Shown one piece after another: positions 1 through 14,464 of a stretch of DNA of 64,000 nucleotides (positions are counted from its first letter, which is position 1; each line of letters begins with the position of its first letter). Location: the NCBI GenBank assembly GCA_964276515.1, contig OZ193909.1, forward strand, positions 19,654,001-19,718,000, read 5' to 3'. Under the pieces are notes generated by a model. The model was given only the letters and a program-made list of their open reading frames with translations. It was not told where the DNA came from and ran no database searches. The position numbers and the translations under genes are program-made. Source of the DNA: Gordius albopunctatus (Eukaryota).

Positions 1-1602
1 TCCGGGTAGAAAATTTGAAAATGTTTTCGGGTGGGGTTCGGGTTGAAAAAAGGGACTTTGCAGTTCTCTACTCTGTGTTCTGTCGATTCAAAATACCCTA
101 ATTTCAATAACTTATAAATATGGTAGATTCTCGTCTATTTACTCGAATGGCAAAGTTTTTTATGGCTGGTACTAAATTTGTGGCTTGGAGAGTATTATTA
201 TAGTGAGGAATGAGTAGGTTCGGTTTGAATAAAGGTGTTAGTTCTCTAAGGTACGAAAGGCACAAATTTGGAATTAAATTTCGTGAAACCAGGTTATCAA
301 ACCTTCAAATTGTCCGAACTGTTTATTGCCACAAATATAAAGCTTTGAATAAGAGTATTGCGCTTTCAATTTTTACCTAAACTGTGAATGAAACAAACGA
401 TATATACCTATCACTCAAAACAAAGTAGCTAAAGACTTGATTGAATTAAAGTTTGGGTCATAGAAAAACTGTGCATTGATAAGCAAGAATATAAAATTCA
501 GAGATCTTTCAAAGAGGCAAATAAATGATATATATTCAAGCAATAAAATAGAAATTCTATAAAGCTAAGTGCGCTATTAATTACAAGACGCTAGACATTA
601 TTTATACAGAAACACATAGGAATAGTGTTTATATTATCCTTCGAGTGAGTCCAAAGTTCCGTCTATTTAAAAATATCTATGATAAAATTATGTCCAATAG
701 CTGCGTTTGTACAGAAAATTTAATTTAAAATGGGCTATTACACACAGAAATTTTAAAAAAAATAAACAAAGTTTGTTATCAAATAGCTCTTTAAGTTTGG
801 TATGTAGTTTATGCGCGGACCGTGGCAAATATCGGAAGGGCAAAGAATCTAATTATTGTGAAACTGAAATCTGTTTTAGAAAATTGTTATATATAAAAGT
901 GCGATAAATAATATAAATCAAGACTGTTCACAAGGATAATAGCCATAGTGGAAAGCAAGCCTAAAAAGAAGACCAGCAAAAATTGGTGTTTCGATATTCT
1001 CATCGTGTTGGTATAAGTTATAAAATACCTTAACCTAAAACCGTATAGGTTAGGCCTGGGTTATATAACTACCTAACGCTTTTTCAAAATTCAAACCAAA
1101 AATACGGATCTAGATTTAAACTATTTCAAAATTGTCGTATACGAAGTTAAATTTGTATTGATACATATTATATTAACCATATGTTTTAACTCTTATTCTC
1201 TTTTGTTCTTTAGAATGTAAATTTATTTATGTCTACACAATCTCCTTTTCCTGGCCCTGCTATTTAATGCGTAGTATACCTCTATCCCCCCACGCGCATA
1301 TACGTGTTTGTTATTTCTATCAACACGCATCAGTGATTTTGATATACGCCTGTTATCGTATTGATAATTTTTATATCGATAATTTATATTATATTTTTCT
1401 TGTTAGTTTTTAGTATAATAAAATATGTAGTGAAAACTATTAAGGTATAATTTCGTGCAGGCGGTGGAGGATGGTAACCTTTATCCACCGCCCTGCCATC
1501 TCCCAATAAATTAAAATCCCACTATATTCCTGATGATTATCCTCCCTTCAAATCATTTTTTAATTCGTATTCTTAGGACGTTTAATTTGACATCTTAGGA
1601 AT

Positions 1603-1880
1603 ATGAAATTGGTGTCAGAAAATTTACTCAAACCAGAAGGAATATTAAAGGGATTTGGTCTAAATGTCGGTGTGCATCTAGGATCGGCACTAAATCCATT
1701 GCTATTCATCATAACTATGATGGATTGGATAACTAAGTACTTCAAATGCGAATTACCTTGGGCAATACTCTTTGCGGATGATATAGTGCTCTGTGCAGCC
1801 TAAAATGTGGAATAGGAAGAAAACAGAGTTATTAGGGTCAATCGAGATAAAATTGAATATGCTTGGAATTTGGAAATGAA
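1603..1880 (+). pseudogene. RTE-type LINE reverse transcriptase fragment
   Basis: VGVHLGSALNPLLFII...PWAILFADDIVL matches the QGSxLSPLLF and FADD motifs; followed by a stop. Confidence 0.8.
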
Positions 1881-3563
1881 TACGAAGAAACACAACTGTA
1901 AATCGCTGACTACTTTAAGGAGCTGACCACTAAGTGTGATAAAAAGCTATTGAAAAAAGAAGTCCATGGGGAGATCGCTTTTTAATTGAGAGATAATACA
2001 AAATCATCTACAACCTTATACTTTTTTAAAATATAAAGACATATAGATGGCGTCAATGTTATTATAACAATTTTTAAGATTCATTTTATAATATTATATT
2101 TAGTGATTTAATAATTAATAAAAACAAAGATTAAATGAGACAGAAAAACGAAAATGTTCAGCCCTTTTCTGTAACGTTGACTTTCGCCGTTCCCAATATC
2201 GATATGCGTGTACCATTATATCCTCTTGACACAGTACTACACTACAAGGTTGCGTAACCAGACGCGAAACGATCCCTTAAGTTGTCCTCGAGGCTTACAC
2301 CAAAATTGCAATAAATCGAAAAGCCCTTTAACCTCTAAATTATATAGAGAGCAAATTTTTGTGCTCAGTATTTAATTCAATTTTTGCTTAGTAGAATATT
2401 CAAATCAGAGACCAGAAATGCCCGCTGTCTTAAATATCCTAGTAAATTATCTTGTTACCCTTTTATTAGATTGTAAATCGCGTTCGCGAATGCTGCTACC
2501 CCCCATGTTAAATCTTTGCCCCACTCCATTTTTTCCAGAGCTCTAGCTACGTTTATGGAAAGGATTGAATTATTTATATTTATGTAGCCATTTAATTGTA
2601 CGCAATACAAATGTGTGCCGTCTAGCCATAAAACAAAGGCGTCATGCCATTTTCACATAATGTATGCGCATATAAGTGTTTTATTCTAATTCATTAATTT
2701 TTTTAACAAATAAAATTTCGTTCAGCCTTTTTGATTACTACTTATCTTTATAATATCTAAATAATTCACAATTGTTCTTTTTTTGCTTCGAATAAAAATT
2801 GCATAGTAAGTAATACTAATTTAAATTATTTTTTATTTATTTATTAAATTGTGTGACCTATGATTGGTTTTGCCAGCGATGATATAATATTTAAAAAAAA
2901 CTCTGGGCAGATTTTTTTGCATTAATTTAGGAGATTTGATTTGTACGTTCCAAGTTTATGCAAATGCTTTACTCCATTGGTTTTTAAGCTTTATATTTTT
3001 AAATCTTTTTATTATATAAAATATCGTGCTTGATCTTAACTCTTAATTAGATTTAAAATTTTATTAATCAGGCCGGACAGCTCTAATAGTTCGGGCATGG
3101 CCGAGCGGACACTTAGAAGAGTTCCTGGCAATTAAGTTAAAAATTTGGACCGGGCCGGGTTCGGGCAGAAAAGTTTGAACAAATCTCACCTCTGTTTGGG
3201 ATCTCATTAATTCGGGAGTAACGGGCAAATTTAATATTTTAGGCCAGGCAATTCGGTAAGCTTTAACGATTGGGGCGAGCCCGGGCAGACATTTAGATGG
3301 GTTATGCCGGGCCCGGGCGAGCAATAAAGTTTAAAAATTGAATCGGGCCGGGTTCTGGCAGAAAATTTTAAACAAATCTGACCTCAATTCTCATTAGAAT
3401 AATTAAATGCTCAGTAAAATATCCAAATGCTCAGTAAATAATTTATATTCAGTATTTTAATTATTTGCTCATTAATTAATTCATTTGTTCAGTCAGTTTC
3501 TATTTCAATGTTGCTCATGTAATTTTCGCTAAGTAACTAAAATTTAATTTAAAAATAAAATAA

Positions 3564-3635
3564 GTATTCAAGCGAGATTTGAACCAGAAATGTCAATCAT
3601 AGAAGTCCTGATTGTTACCTATGTGGTAAAAGGAC
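3564..3635 (-). pseudogene. Degenerate tRNA-like sequence (tRNA-Arg(TCT)-like or SINE head)
   Basis: 72 nt: GTCCTTTTACCACATAGG...GGACTTCTA...GGTTCAAATCTCGC with a B-box. Stems are poorly paired, so it is not a functional tRNA. Confidence 0.35.
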
Positions 3636-3699
3636 ATGGTTCATGGTTTTGTTTAGTCGATCTTAAGCGTTCTACTAAAAATAAGCGAAGTTATTTTTA

Positions 3700-4130
3700 T
3701 CTGTTTTGGTGACACTTGTTATAATTATCGCTTATAGAGCGAAATAAATTCTTTAAACAAAAATTGGTGGGCTAAGGTGTCGCAAAGTTGTTACAAATAG
3801 GAAGTTAATTTGTCAACCTAACTTGGTCACAATCGTCATAATTGTCGTGATAGAGCTAGATAAATTCTTTAAATAAAAATCGATGTTTTAAGGTGTCATA
3901 AAATTAGTTTAAACATAAAAATTAGATTTTTCAACGTAACCTAGTGACAATTGTCATAATTGTGGTTGACAGAGCTAGATAAATTCTTTAAACAAAGATA
4001 GATGTTTTAAGGCGACAAGTTTAAAAATAAAAATTAGATTTGTAAACCTAACTTGGTGTCAATTTTCGTTGATAGAGCTAGATAAATTCTTTTAACGAAA
4101 TTCGCTGGGTAAGGTTGTCGTAAAGTTGTT
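3700..4130. repeat. Degenerate tandem repeat of about 120 bp (about 4 units; further units at about 5570-5740)
   Basis: Recurrent AACCTAACTTGGTGACAATTGTCATAATTGTCG...AGAGCTAGATAAATTCTTTAAA...AAGGTGTC units. Confidence 0.7.
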
Positions 4131-5945
4131 ATCATAGGCGTAGCGAGGATTGCCTAAAGGGGGGGTAATTCTGTGTCAAAGAATTTTGATTAAAAAACTT
4201 ATTGAAATTATTTCAATATCTATGATGGTTTTTGTTGAAAAATGTATTAATAATATCTTCAGAGACGCAAATTGCAAAGAGCTCCTTCCAATTTTTCTGT
4301 TTGCGCTAATTAGGGACATTGTTTGAACCAAACAGTTGCATTGGTCTCTTAGGCTTAGTTTGCCTACCAATACCAATATTTGTCCCTCCTCGGGACCGTT
4401 AAATGGAATTATTAGCCCAAGTTCGCCCCGCCGATTTTTTTGCAAAGCACAGGCCTAGCAAAAAAATTTCTTATATATTCTGCTGCTTTTTATACATTTT
4501 TTGTCAATACTAAAACAATCATTTATTTATATGTTGAAAATGTTCAATATTAATAAATTTAAATATTTCAGTCTCAAACAGGATTTTGTTTCTTTCAACA
4601 AGAACGCGCCTTTTTTACTATTAGCCCTTGAAGCAGCCTAAAACCATTTATGATAATTAACTCTTGCAATGTTAATTTTATTAACTAAATATACCTATTG
4701 TTAATTTTTCACGATCCTTTTTATAAAAATAAAATATTTTGGAGTCATCTTATTTAAAAAAACACAAGTTCTATGAATCAATAACAAAAAAAATTATTAT
4801 GGATTTTATGATATTGTAAAGTTAAATAATATTAAAATTTGATAAACACCATAAAAAAACCATTTTTATATATTAAAATAAAAAGGTTTTGCCCTTACTA
4901 ATAGCTAGGCCCGTCCCGCGCCCGTTTTATTATCATAACTCTCGTCTAACCCCCGCCCGCAATTTATAAAAAAAAGCCCATCCATGCCTGGCCTTTAAAT
5001 ATCACGATGATAGAGTTAGCACGCACACTTTCTAAAGAAATGAGATTTTATGTTTGAAAATGAAGCATGTATGAATGAAATGTGGAAAACGCCTTGTAAA
5101 ATTAACATTTACATTGAGTATTAATTATTTTCATTTTATTATTATACTCTTCTTTATTAGAATACCCGCAATTTCTATAAACAAGGAACTAATATAAGTT
5201 TAAATAACCATGTAAATTTGAAAAATATAATTATTAATTATCTTTATAACTAAAAATTTGCTTAAATTAGCATCTTCCTCGTCTATTTTAGAGGTTAAGA
5301 TAGATTTTAGAGAAATAATTAAGAACAAATTCTTTTATTATTAGAAAACACCACTTGGGATAGAAAATTTTTGCGTACATAATGTTAGAATTATTAGATT
5401 TCATCTAAAATTAAATATCAAATAATTAAGATTATTTATAATTTCTATAGGCGCAACACTAACAAGACTCCTACAAATATCATTGAATTTTTCAGTATAA
5501 CTTGAAGATTTTTTTTTTATTTTTTGATTTTTTTGCCAATGGGGAACCCCCCCTTCCCTACTCTACTGGTTATAAATATTAAGGCTAAACTTGTCTATCT
5601 ATCTTGGTGACAATTGACATAATTCTCACTTATATATACGAATTCTTGGGTAAGGTGCATAAAGCTATTATGAAATTTTTTATTGGTCAAATTCTCTTGG
5701 TGACGATTGTCATAATTGTCGTTTATACAGCTAAATAATATTAAAAAGCATGATTCATCTGTTTATTTTAATTAGTATTTTACAAATTTATGACCATTAG
5801 GTTGTGCAATATCTGATCAAGGGATTTTGTTTAAAAAATCTAGATATACAAATAAAAAGTTTCAATTTTTAACTTGATTTAGAAATTTCTATAATAAAAG
5901 AATTTCTTAGATTTGGAAATAAATTGAGGTGTGTACTTCTCGAAA

Positions 5946-8900
5946 GTGGTGACCCACCCTTGTTATACGCCTCCTTCTACCCTACCCTTACCCAATTGCC
6001 CCCCTTCAATCGTATAAATCCCCGCTTATGGTTTGTCCAGATAGAGGCCATTTTCACGATTCGACGAATAACATCTGAGTCTAGCAAACTTGGATACGTG
6101 ATTGAATGCCTCCCACAAGGAGTCACAATAGAGATCCAAGATTACTTGGAGAATATACCGGCTGAGGCCCCGTACACTACCATCCGGTCAGCTATCATCG
6201 ACCGCACAACAAAATTGGACTCAGCACGATTCCACGACTTACTGTCCAACGTGGAATTGGGCGATCGTACACCCTCACAACTCTATAGACACATGAAAAG
6301 CCTCCTGGGTACCGCCAAAATGGACGGCATCATTTTAAAACAACAGTGGTTGGAAAAACTGTACAACAACATGGCCAGCATCTTGGCGATCTGTGCAAGT
6401 GACAAGACGTTAGTCAAGCTAGCTTAAACAGCTGATAAAATCGCGGAAAAGTACCATACGCCGCAAATATCCAACGTCGCCCCTGCGACACAGAGATCCC
6501 GCAACGATATTGAGACGCTCAGAGACATGGTCAATAGACTGAGCGTGAGCATCGAGACATTACGGCAAGAGGTCAGTCAAAAAAATCGTTTTCGATCAAG
6601 AAGTAGGTCTACATCAAGGCGATTTCGATCCCCGTTTCAACCCTACGCAGATGTTCCCCAGGATTGGTGTTGGTATCACCAAAGATATAAGGAAAAGGCC
6701 ACAAAATGCCGACAACCTTGCAATTATATCCCGATTTCCTCGTCAAACCCATAGCCCTGCCAGAATCCGCGACACCCGGTTCAGGCCATAACATCAGTCG
6801 CTTATTTTTTATTTTTGATAAATTAACGAAATTTCGTTTTTTAATAGACACTGCGCGGAACTAAGTGTCATACCACCCCCACGGAACCACCATCTCACCC
6901 CCTCACATATCCGCCTCCAAGCTGCAAACAATAGTTCCATACTGACCTATGGCCAGAAATCAATGGAACTGGACCTTAGCTTACGGAGAAGTTTTCAATG
7001 GGTGTTTACCATCGCCGACGTTAAGACACCGATCATCGGGACTAATTTTTTAAATCATTATAACCTCCTCGTTGATATACGCCGCAAATGTTTATTAGAC
7101 CCTAAGACTACTTTAAAGTCTTATGGGCGATATATTGATTCGAGCTTGTACAATTTACAACTCGCAATAAAGATCGATTCACCGTATTCTAGAAATGTTT
7201 TAAAAGATTTCCCTGAGATTTATACCCCTCCAAATTACAGGTCACGCGTGAGCCACCAAGGAGTCCACCACATACGTACACTAGGACCCCCCGTTTATGC
7301 CAAACCTAGACGCTTAGACCCTGTCAAGCTAAAAATTGCCAAACAGGAGTTTACTAATATGCTCTAACTCGGCATAATTCAACCCTCAGAAAGCTCCTGG
7401 AGTTCTCCATTGTACATGGTTCCGAAAAAAATCCTGGAGATTGGCGACCATGTCTAGATTACCGAACACTTAACGTTATAACGATACCGGACCGTTACCC
7501 CTTGCCACACTTGCACGATTTATCACTCAACCTAGCCGGCACAACCATCTATACAAAAATAGATCTAGTCAGAGCTTACCATCAAATACCCGTAGCCTTG
7601 GAGGACATCGCAAAGACTGCAATAACCACACCTTTCGGTCTTTATGAATTTTTGCGAATGCCTTTCGGTTTACGAATTGCTGCTCAAACATTCCAACGCT
7701 TCATTGATCAAGCACTCCCTGGTCTCAATTTCGCCTTCGCATATTTGGACGATATTTTGATCGCAAGTACATCAACTAGTGAACATTTAGACCACTGACG
7801 TCAAGTTTTTACTCGATTAAGAGATTTTGATATAAAGATCAACCTGGACAAGTGCCAATGGGGACGTTCTTCTCTGGATTTCCTAGGACATCAAGTTTCC
7901 CCACAAGGTTTAACACCAATACCGGAGAAGATCTCAGCCATCAAGAATTTCGCCACCCCGACCATTATGACACAACTACGTCGTTTCGTGGGAATGGTAA
8001 ATTTTTACAGGCGTTTTATACACAACTATGCACGACATCTACAACCACTGACTGATCTCCTCAACGACGCAAAAGAATTTTTGGACATGACGCAGAGTGC
8101 AGACGACGCATTCCACAAGATTAAAATAATGCTCGATAAAATTTCGACCATTAATCATTTAGTGGCTGGTGCCAACATCTCTATTACAACCGACGCGTCA
8201 AACTCTGCCATTGGAGCCGTACTACATCAGACCGTAAAAGGAGAAATCATTCCTTTATCCTTTTTCTCTATGAAATTGAGCAAAACACAAACTCGATACA
8301 GTACATTCGGGAGAGAACTGCTAGCAATTTATCTTTCAATTAAACAGTACCAAAATATTTTAGAAGGTCGCGATTTTACAGTTTTTACTGATCACAAACC
8401 GTTAACTTACGCTCTCACTTCTAAACCCGATAAATACTTACCGCGTGAAATACGACAATTAGACTATATCTCCCAATTTACTTCAAATATACAGTTTATT
8501 AAAGGTAAAGCGAATATAGTAGCAGACACTTTGTCCCGAATCGATATCGATTCCATACAACAGCCAAACTCCACCCAACAGCCGAACACATCCCTCACAG
8601 AAAGAATTGCTATGACACAAAAACAAGAGCAATATCATCTAGAAGAGCTCGAAAGTCTTAAACTGGAACAACGCGTAATTCCAGGTACAAATTTAACTAT
8701 TACGTGCGATACATCTGCATCGACTTCGAGACCTTTAGTACCTAGGACGCTCCGACGCATAGTTTTTAATCAACTACATGGTCTTTCTTACCCAGCCTTA
8801 CGCCCAACACTTAGACTAATTGCCCAACATTTCGTCTGGCCGGGAATGAACAAAGCTGTACGCGATTGGACAAAGCAATGCATTGCGTGTCAAAAATGCA

Positions 8901-10250
8901 AAGTAAATAGACACGTAATATCAACCCCAGGCACGTTCACTGAACCAGACGCAAGGTTTAGCCACGTACATGTAGATCTCGTCGGACCATTACCACCTTC
9001 TAACGGCCAAATTTATATTTTTACTGCCTTTGATCGTTTCACCCGATGGCCGATTGCAATTCCCATTATTGACGCAACAGCCGAAACCGTTGCACGCACA
9101 TTTTTGACACATTGAATAGCCAACTTTGATGTTTCGGCGACATTAACCACGGACCGGGGACCGCAATTCCAATCTGCCCTTTTTAAACAATTATCTATTT
9201 TATTAGGGTATCATCATATCACTACGACAGCTTACCATCCACGAGCCAATGGGATGGTAGAGCGATTTCACCGACAGCTCAAAAGTTCAATCATGACAAA
9301 AGGTGATGTTACCCGTTGGTCCGAACTTATTCCCCTTGTACTCCTAGGGATTCGCAACACCGTCAAGGAAGACCTCGCCTGTTGAAGCGCGGAGTTGGTG
9401 TACGGTACTTCTTTACGACTCCCAGGAGATCTTTTACAACCGTCGGATTGCGACATAAACGCCGCCGATTACATCCAATGCCTTAGACAGCAGTTTGATG
9501 ATGTACGATTTACACCTTCCAGACCATCGAACATCAAACAACAATTGTCCGAAAATTTATTTACATCAACTCATGTTTTTATAAGGACTGATCGGCTACG
9601 CAAAGCCTTAGTTCCCCCCTATGAAGGACCTTTCAAAGTGATTGAAAAACATACTAAATTTTTTATCATAGACCACAAGGGCAGGAAAGACACCGTCTCA
9701 ATCAATCGATTAAAGCCAGCTTTCCTCGAGCCTAAGGTTGATAACCCGAATTCATCAGTTGACCCAAATGCACCCAAACCAAACAATCACTCAACGACCC
9801 AAAATTCAAACCAACCTACCATTGTTTCTTCTACAAAAACTTCCACAAAACCTAGCCTACTACTTCCCAACACAACCATTACCAAGTGTGGTCGACAAGT
9901 TCATTGGCCAAAAAAATTTGTTAATTTTATATGAACTCCGTTTTTACCCAGCGGAATATTTGTTGCGTCCATTGACTTAATTGTCTCATTTACATTACCT
10001 TACTACTTCGCGACGTTAATTGACCAATCAAGCATACATCGCGGAGACACCACTAAATTGATTTATTTATACCTCGCGTAATTGATTTATTTATACCTCG
10101 CGGAGGCACCACTAAACTTGATTGATTTATTAAATTAATTCACGAGTATATAAAAGGAGTTTAAAACTCTTTTTACTCACTTACTTTTCTTCCAACGATT
10201 TAATTTATATTATACAATAAAGTAATTATTACTTTATCCTACATAATATT
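5946..10250 (+). mobile_element. Decayed Ty3/gypsy LTR retrotransposon (gag-PR-RT-RH-IN) with a single 3' LTR
   Basis: PBS-like TGGTGACCC at 5947. Gag LPPF..P.LWF and CWYHQRY..KATKCRQPC; protease FLIDT in the -1 frame relative to gag; RT YLDD; RNase H TDASNSAIGAVL and FTDHKPL; integrase HVHVDLVGPLP and TAYHPRANGMVERFHRQLK; GPF. PPT-like CAGCGGAATATT then an LTR starting TGT at 9961 with TATA (about 10148) and AATAAA (about 10216). Several premature stops (6425, 7365, 7796, 9113, 9383) and frameshifts. Confidence 0.93.
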
Positions 10251-11181
10251 TACTTCTCGAAATGTGTTATATTTCATAACATCACCTCCCCCTACATTCA
10301 AATGAATTAATTATCACCGAGATAGGTTGACGAATTTAAATTTTATATTTAACGTTGTGTACAAGATTAAAAAAACATTTATTTATTATTTAATGCTGTT
10401 TGAAGTTATAAACATTATAAAAACAGATATAGAGTATAAAAATGGATAAGATATATTAAAGTATAACAACGATATAAAAAACTTGCTGATAAAGATTTTG
10501 AATAAAAAAATGGTTCGCCATTTTAATGTTTAAATTTTTCTCTACTTATTTTATAATTAAAAACAGTCAGGGGAAAAATTTATTTAGTATAAAATTTTTT
10601 TTGAAAGACGGGACATATCAAGATTTTCTCATCGAGACGATATCGAAATTCTAATAATCGCACCCGAGAGGAGACGAGATTAAAACACAGGCGGCAGGCT
10701 AGCAAATACCTGGATTGCATAATTGATTGATAGAGAAGATAAAGTTAGCCACGAAGAATAAATTTAATTTTTAAAGCTAATTCCAAATGACCTTAATATT
10801 TATTTTGAAAAAATTTAAATTTTCATAATTTGAATGCACTTGAAGAATAAAAACAGCCCTGATAATTATTTGAAAGCGTGATATGATGGTTAGCATCTTA
10901 ACCTAATTTTGAGCTAGAAATTGGTTGACTTCTCACTAATAATTTGCAATTATGATTTTTTGCCTATGTCGAACCGAGATAGCAGACTGCATTTTTTAGT
11001 AATTAAGAAAGGAGCATTTTTGAGATAAAGTTAGTGGCTCTGTTGTTAAAGCTGGACCTAGATGTCAGTGAAATTTGAGGCACTGAAAAAAATAGAAATT
11101 AGTGATCACGAGCGTAATTATGTAACTAGTTGCGTGAAGCCATATATAAATCATATCGATTTTTTAATTGTTTTTTAAATA

Positions 11182-11691
11182 ATGGCCAGACCACAAATTA
11201 ATAGAGACGCTATTTCAAGGATCAATTTTTTATATCAAGTTAAAGAAATTAGTTAAATTATATAATTTTTCAAAGGCAGCAACACGCCTATTGATTATAA
11301 ACCGTGATATAAACTGTACCTTAGTAAGGGGGTACTGCTCAAGCATAAAAGAAATCGCCAAGAAAAGTGTTGTACGCCTGTAATTTATTCTATAACGTTA
11401 AAATATTTTTTCAGATCAGTCGACATTAAGAGAAGCATATGTAAATTTTGTCATATTCTGTTAATACCTAGCATCACCTCTCGTAGCAGATTAAAAAGGA
11501 AAAGTATAAATGTTTGCCTTGTTCAATTAAAACCCCTAAATCCTTAAATAGATAAAAGGAATGGTCAACCCCATGCAATTCATGTTGTCAAATGTTTATG
11601 TTGTGGTTTTTATAAAAATTATATCTACAAAAAAGATTATAAATTATACCAAGAGACACAAGTTGGAAATGAAACAATTGAATTATCATAG
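11182..11691 (+). CDS. RPP21: RNase P protein subunit p21 (Rpr2/Rpp21 family), 4 exons, 129 aa
   Basis: Exons 11182-11238, 11276-11379, 11415-11503, 11552-11691 joined by GT-AG introns of 37, 35 and 48 nt give an open frame MARPQINRDAISRINFLYQAATRLL...KKSVVRLSVDIKRSICKFCHILLIPSITSRSRL...VKCLCCGFYK...ELS*. RxNFLYQAA, KRxICKxC and CxxCG zinc-ribbon motifs are diagnostic of Rpp21. Absent from the ORF track. Confidence 0.93.
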
Positions 11692-14464
11692 ATACAAATT
11701 AAATTCAAACATAATCATTCTACTTTATTTTTAATATTGTAGTTGTATATTTTATTGATTGTTACTTTAGGTTTAATACACTTCACTGTCTTTTATCTTG
11801 ATGACTAAAAATGAATTTTCTTCTAAACTAATGGATAAGTCATAGTTCAAATGAAAATGCTTTTGTAAAATTATCTCTCATGTCAGATCCCAAATTTGGG
11901 ATTTTCTTGGGGGATTTAATATTAATACATTAATAACCCTGAACCCATAGAATATATACTTTATTTTAGATACCTTTAAAGAAATATAATGTACGATTTA
12001 TCTTTACTATATTGCCTTTTAGTTATAAATTCATTGTAAAAGATAACATTTTATTAATGGGCACAATTTGTACTAACTAAAAAAGTTATGGTAAATTTAA
12101 TATGATCTTCCTCATCAAACATTATAATTAATGTAATATTGTCATATCTGTATCTTGTATTAGCATTTTTTCACTTTTCATTTGTGTATAGTAACACCCA
12201 TCTTATGATAAATTTGTATTAAGTCATTAAATTTTCTTGCCACTCTTTATACTCAAGATACTTTGATATTCCATTTTAAATTCCTGAATTATCTTCATTA
12301 AGTTCCATCTTTATGCAGCTAAAATCTCTACTTTTGAGTAATTAAATTTGTCATAATCATCCAGAAATCAGAAAAGCTTGGCCCACTCACTGCCTAAATT
12401 GCCCGCTCGGCCCACAGACCGACAAACTCTAGCAAACTTACGTTTTCGGGCTGACACCATAATAAGATTCGGGCTAAATGAGATTTTTTATATAAAGCAT
12501 AATTTTAAATTTGTACATTATTTTATTACTCTTTTATTTGATTGTATAATGTTTATAAATCGAGAATTAAATTTAAATTTATGACATAATAATTAATAAA
12601 ATTTATAAAATTATCATTTCGGGCCGGGCATCTCTAATGATTCGGCATGGCCGGGCGGGCATGGGCCCCGTTAGAAAAATCTGAGCTCTGTCAGCAATAG
12701 TGTGTCTGGATTCATTTTCCTGAATCCTTTTTCGACTATGCACTTTAAAGCTATATCCAAGTTTAATTTTGGCCCGCTTTTGTCCTCAAACATTCCGTTC
12801 TCTGCCTTCTCGTATAGTATTATATCATCGCCCCAAATATAAGTTTTATTTTAATACTAGTCGATATAATTTTAGGCAATCATGGGCGTAGCTAGCATTC
12901 GAATTAGAGGGGGGCGATAATGATGTAGGAAGGGACAAGGTGATCATTTTTAAAAATATGGCCATCTTTTTATCAAATTCCAACAAATTTTTGGATTGAG
13001 AGGGTGGCAGCTTCCCCTCCCCCTGGCTATATATTCAAGTTATAGGCCTCCCAAAGGTTCAGATGGCAATATCATAGCCTAAACCACTAAGGGGCATTAA
13101 GAAAGAGAAACAAATTCTTTAAAACCTTTTTTTAACATTTTGTTTTTCAAATTTGGATTTCATTCTTAATTGTATAAGGATAGGCTTAAACAAATTGTGG
13201 CATTGCAGTTTTATTTCTATTGGTGCACATAATAAATTTTAGACGAAAATAGAAAATTCGGGAAGTGCCGAAATGATGAGGGCTTCTGATAATTTATAAA
13301 TTATACGGCAGAAATTATAAATCATAAATAGTGTGCTTGGATAGATATGGAGGCGTGTAAGAGATGTAGAATGGGAGGGAGAAATGTGTTATAGAGACCT
13401 GCACGTCCCTCGGCTTGGACGGGCTTTTGCTTAAAAATAAAACAACGGGATGTACGGGCTTAGATAAACTCAAGGTTCGTTAAAAGCCCGTGACAAAAGC
13501 AATTAGATTTAGCATAAAAGAAGGTATTTTTATATTGCTTTAATTTATAATTTTTTTATTAAATTAACGTGGAAAATTATTCTTTATTTCCACTTTAGTT
13601 CATTCATCAACACCTCAACCCGCATTGTAAACGTTAAAGATATTTGTGCACGAGAACCCATGGGCGTAGCCTATTTAAATTAGAGGGGGCAGTTTATGTA
13701 GGGCAAAAAATGTTTTTTAGATCAAGAATCTTTGGATTTGTAGGGGTTGGGGCAGCTGCCGATCATTCCCTCCCCATTTGTACCTTCTAGCAATATTGAG
13801 TGAATTGATTTAATACTATGTAAGATTATTTATATATTTGTCCCAGGGTATCTAACAGTGATTCTAATAGTCTGGGATCGCTAGCAGTAGTTTTGAAATC
13901 CAAAGTTTCATCTTCCCAGGGCAGACGCAAGCTATGCATAATAGATTCAACGTTGGTTCGGTGTGGGCAGGGTGTTGGGGGCGACTGGATTGAAAAATTA
14001 TCCGATATTAATGGATCACACCACGTCTATGCCAGTTCTCAGATTAATTTATTATAAAAATCTTCTAGTTGTCAATTTAATATATTTGGGAATATGTGGC
14101 AATGGAGCTAAATAGATTGCTTTAAAAAATTAGCTTTTTGCTCCGTCAAAGCTTATCAGTACTACTTAAAAAATGGAAGTGAAGTGATCCTTAAAATTTA
14201 AAATGCCTCATTCGCTTTTGGTTTCGACAAATTAGTTATGGAAAAAAAGGAATTTTAAGAATAAGAAACCTATTATCTAATTCTTTCCATTATCACTGAA
14301 ATTTTAGTAAAAGCCTTAGGCTAGGTGAAGAATAAATTGCTAGATGGCCATTGAGTTTATAAATTTTACATGTAAAAACAAACACTGAAAATGTCCCAGT
14401 CAAACTTGGCAAGTCTTAATTATGGTAATTTTTTTAAACCTCTTAAATTACAACAATAGTTTTC

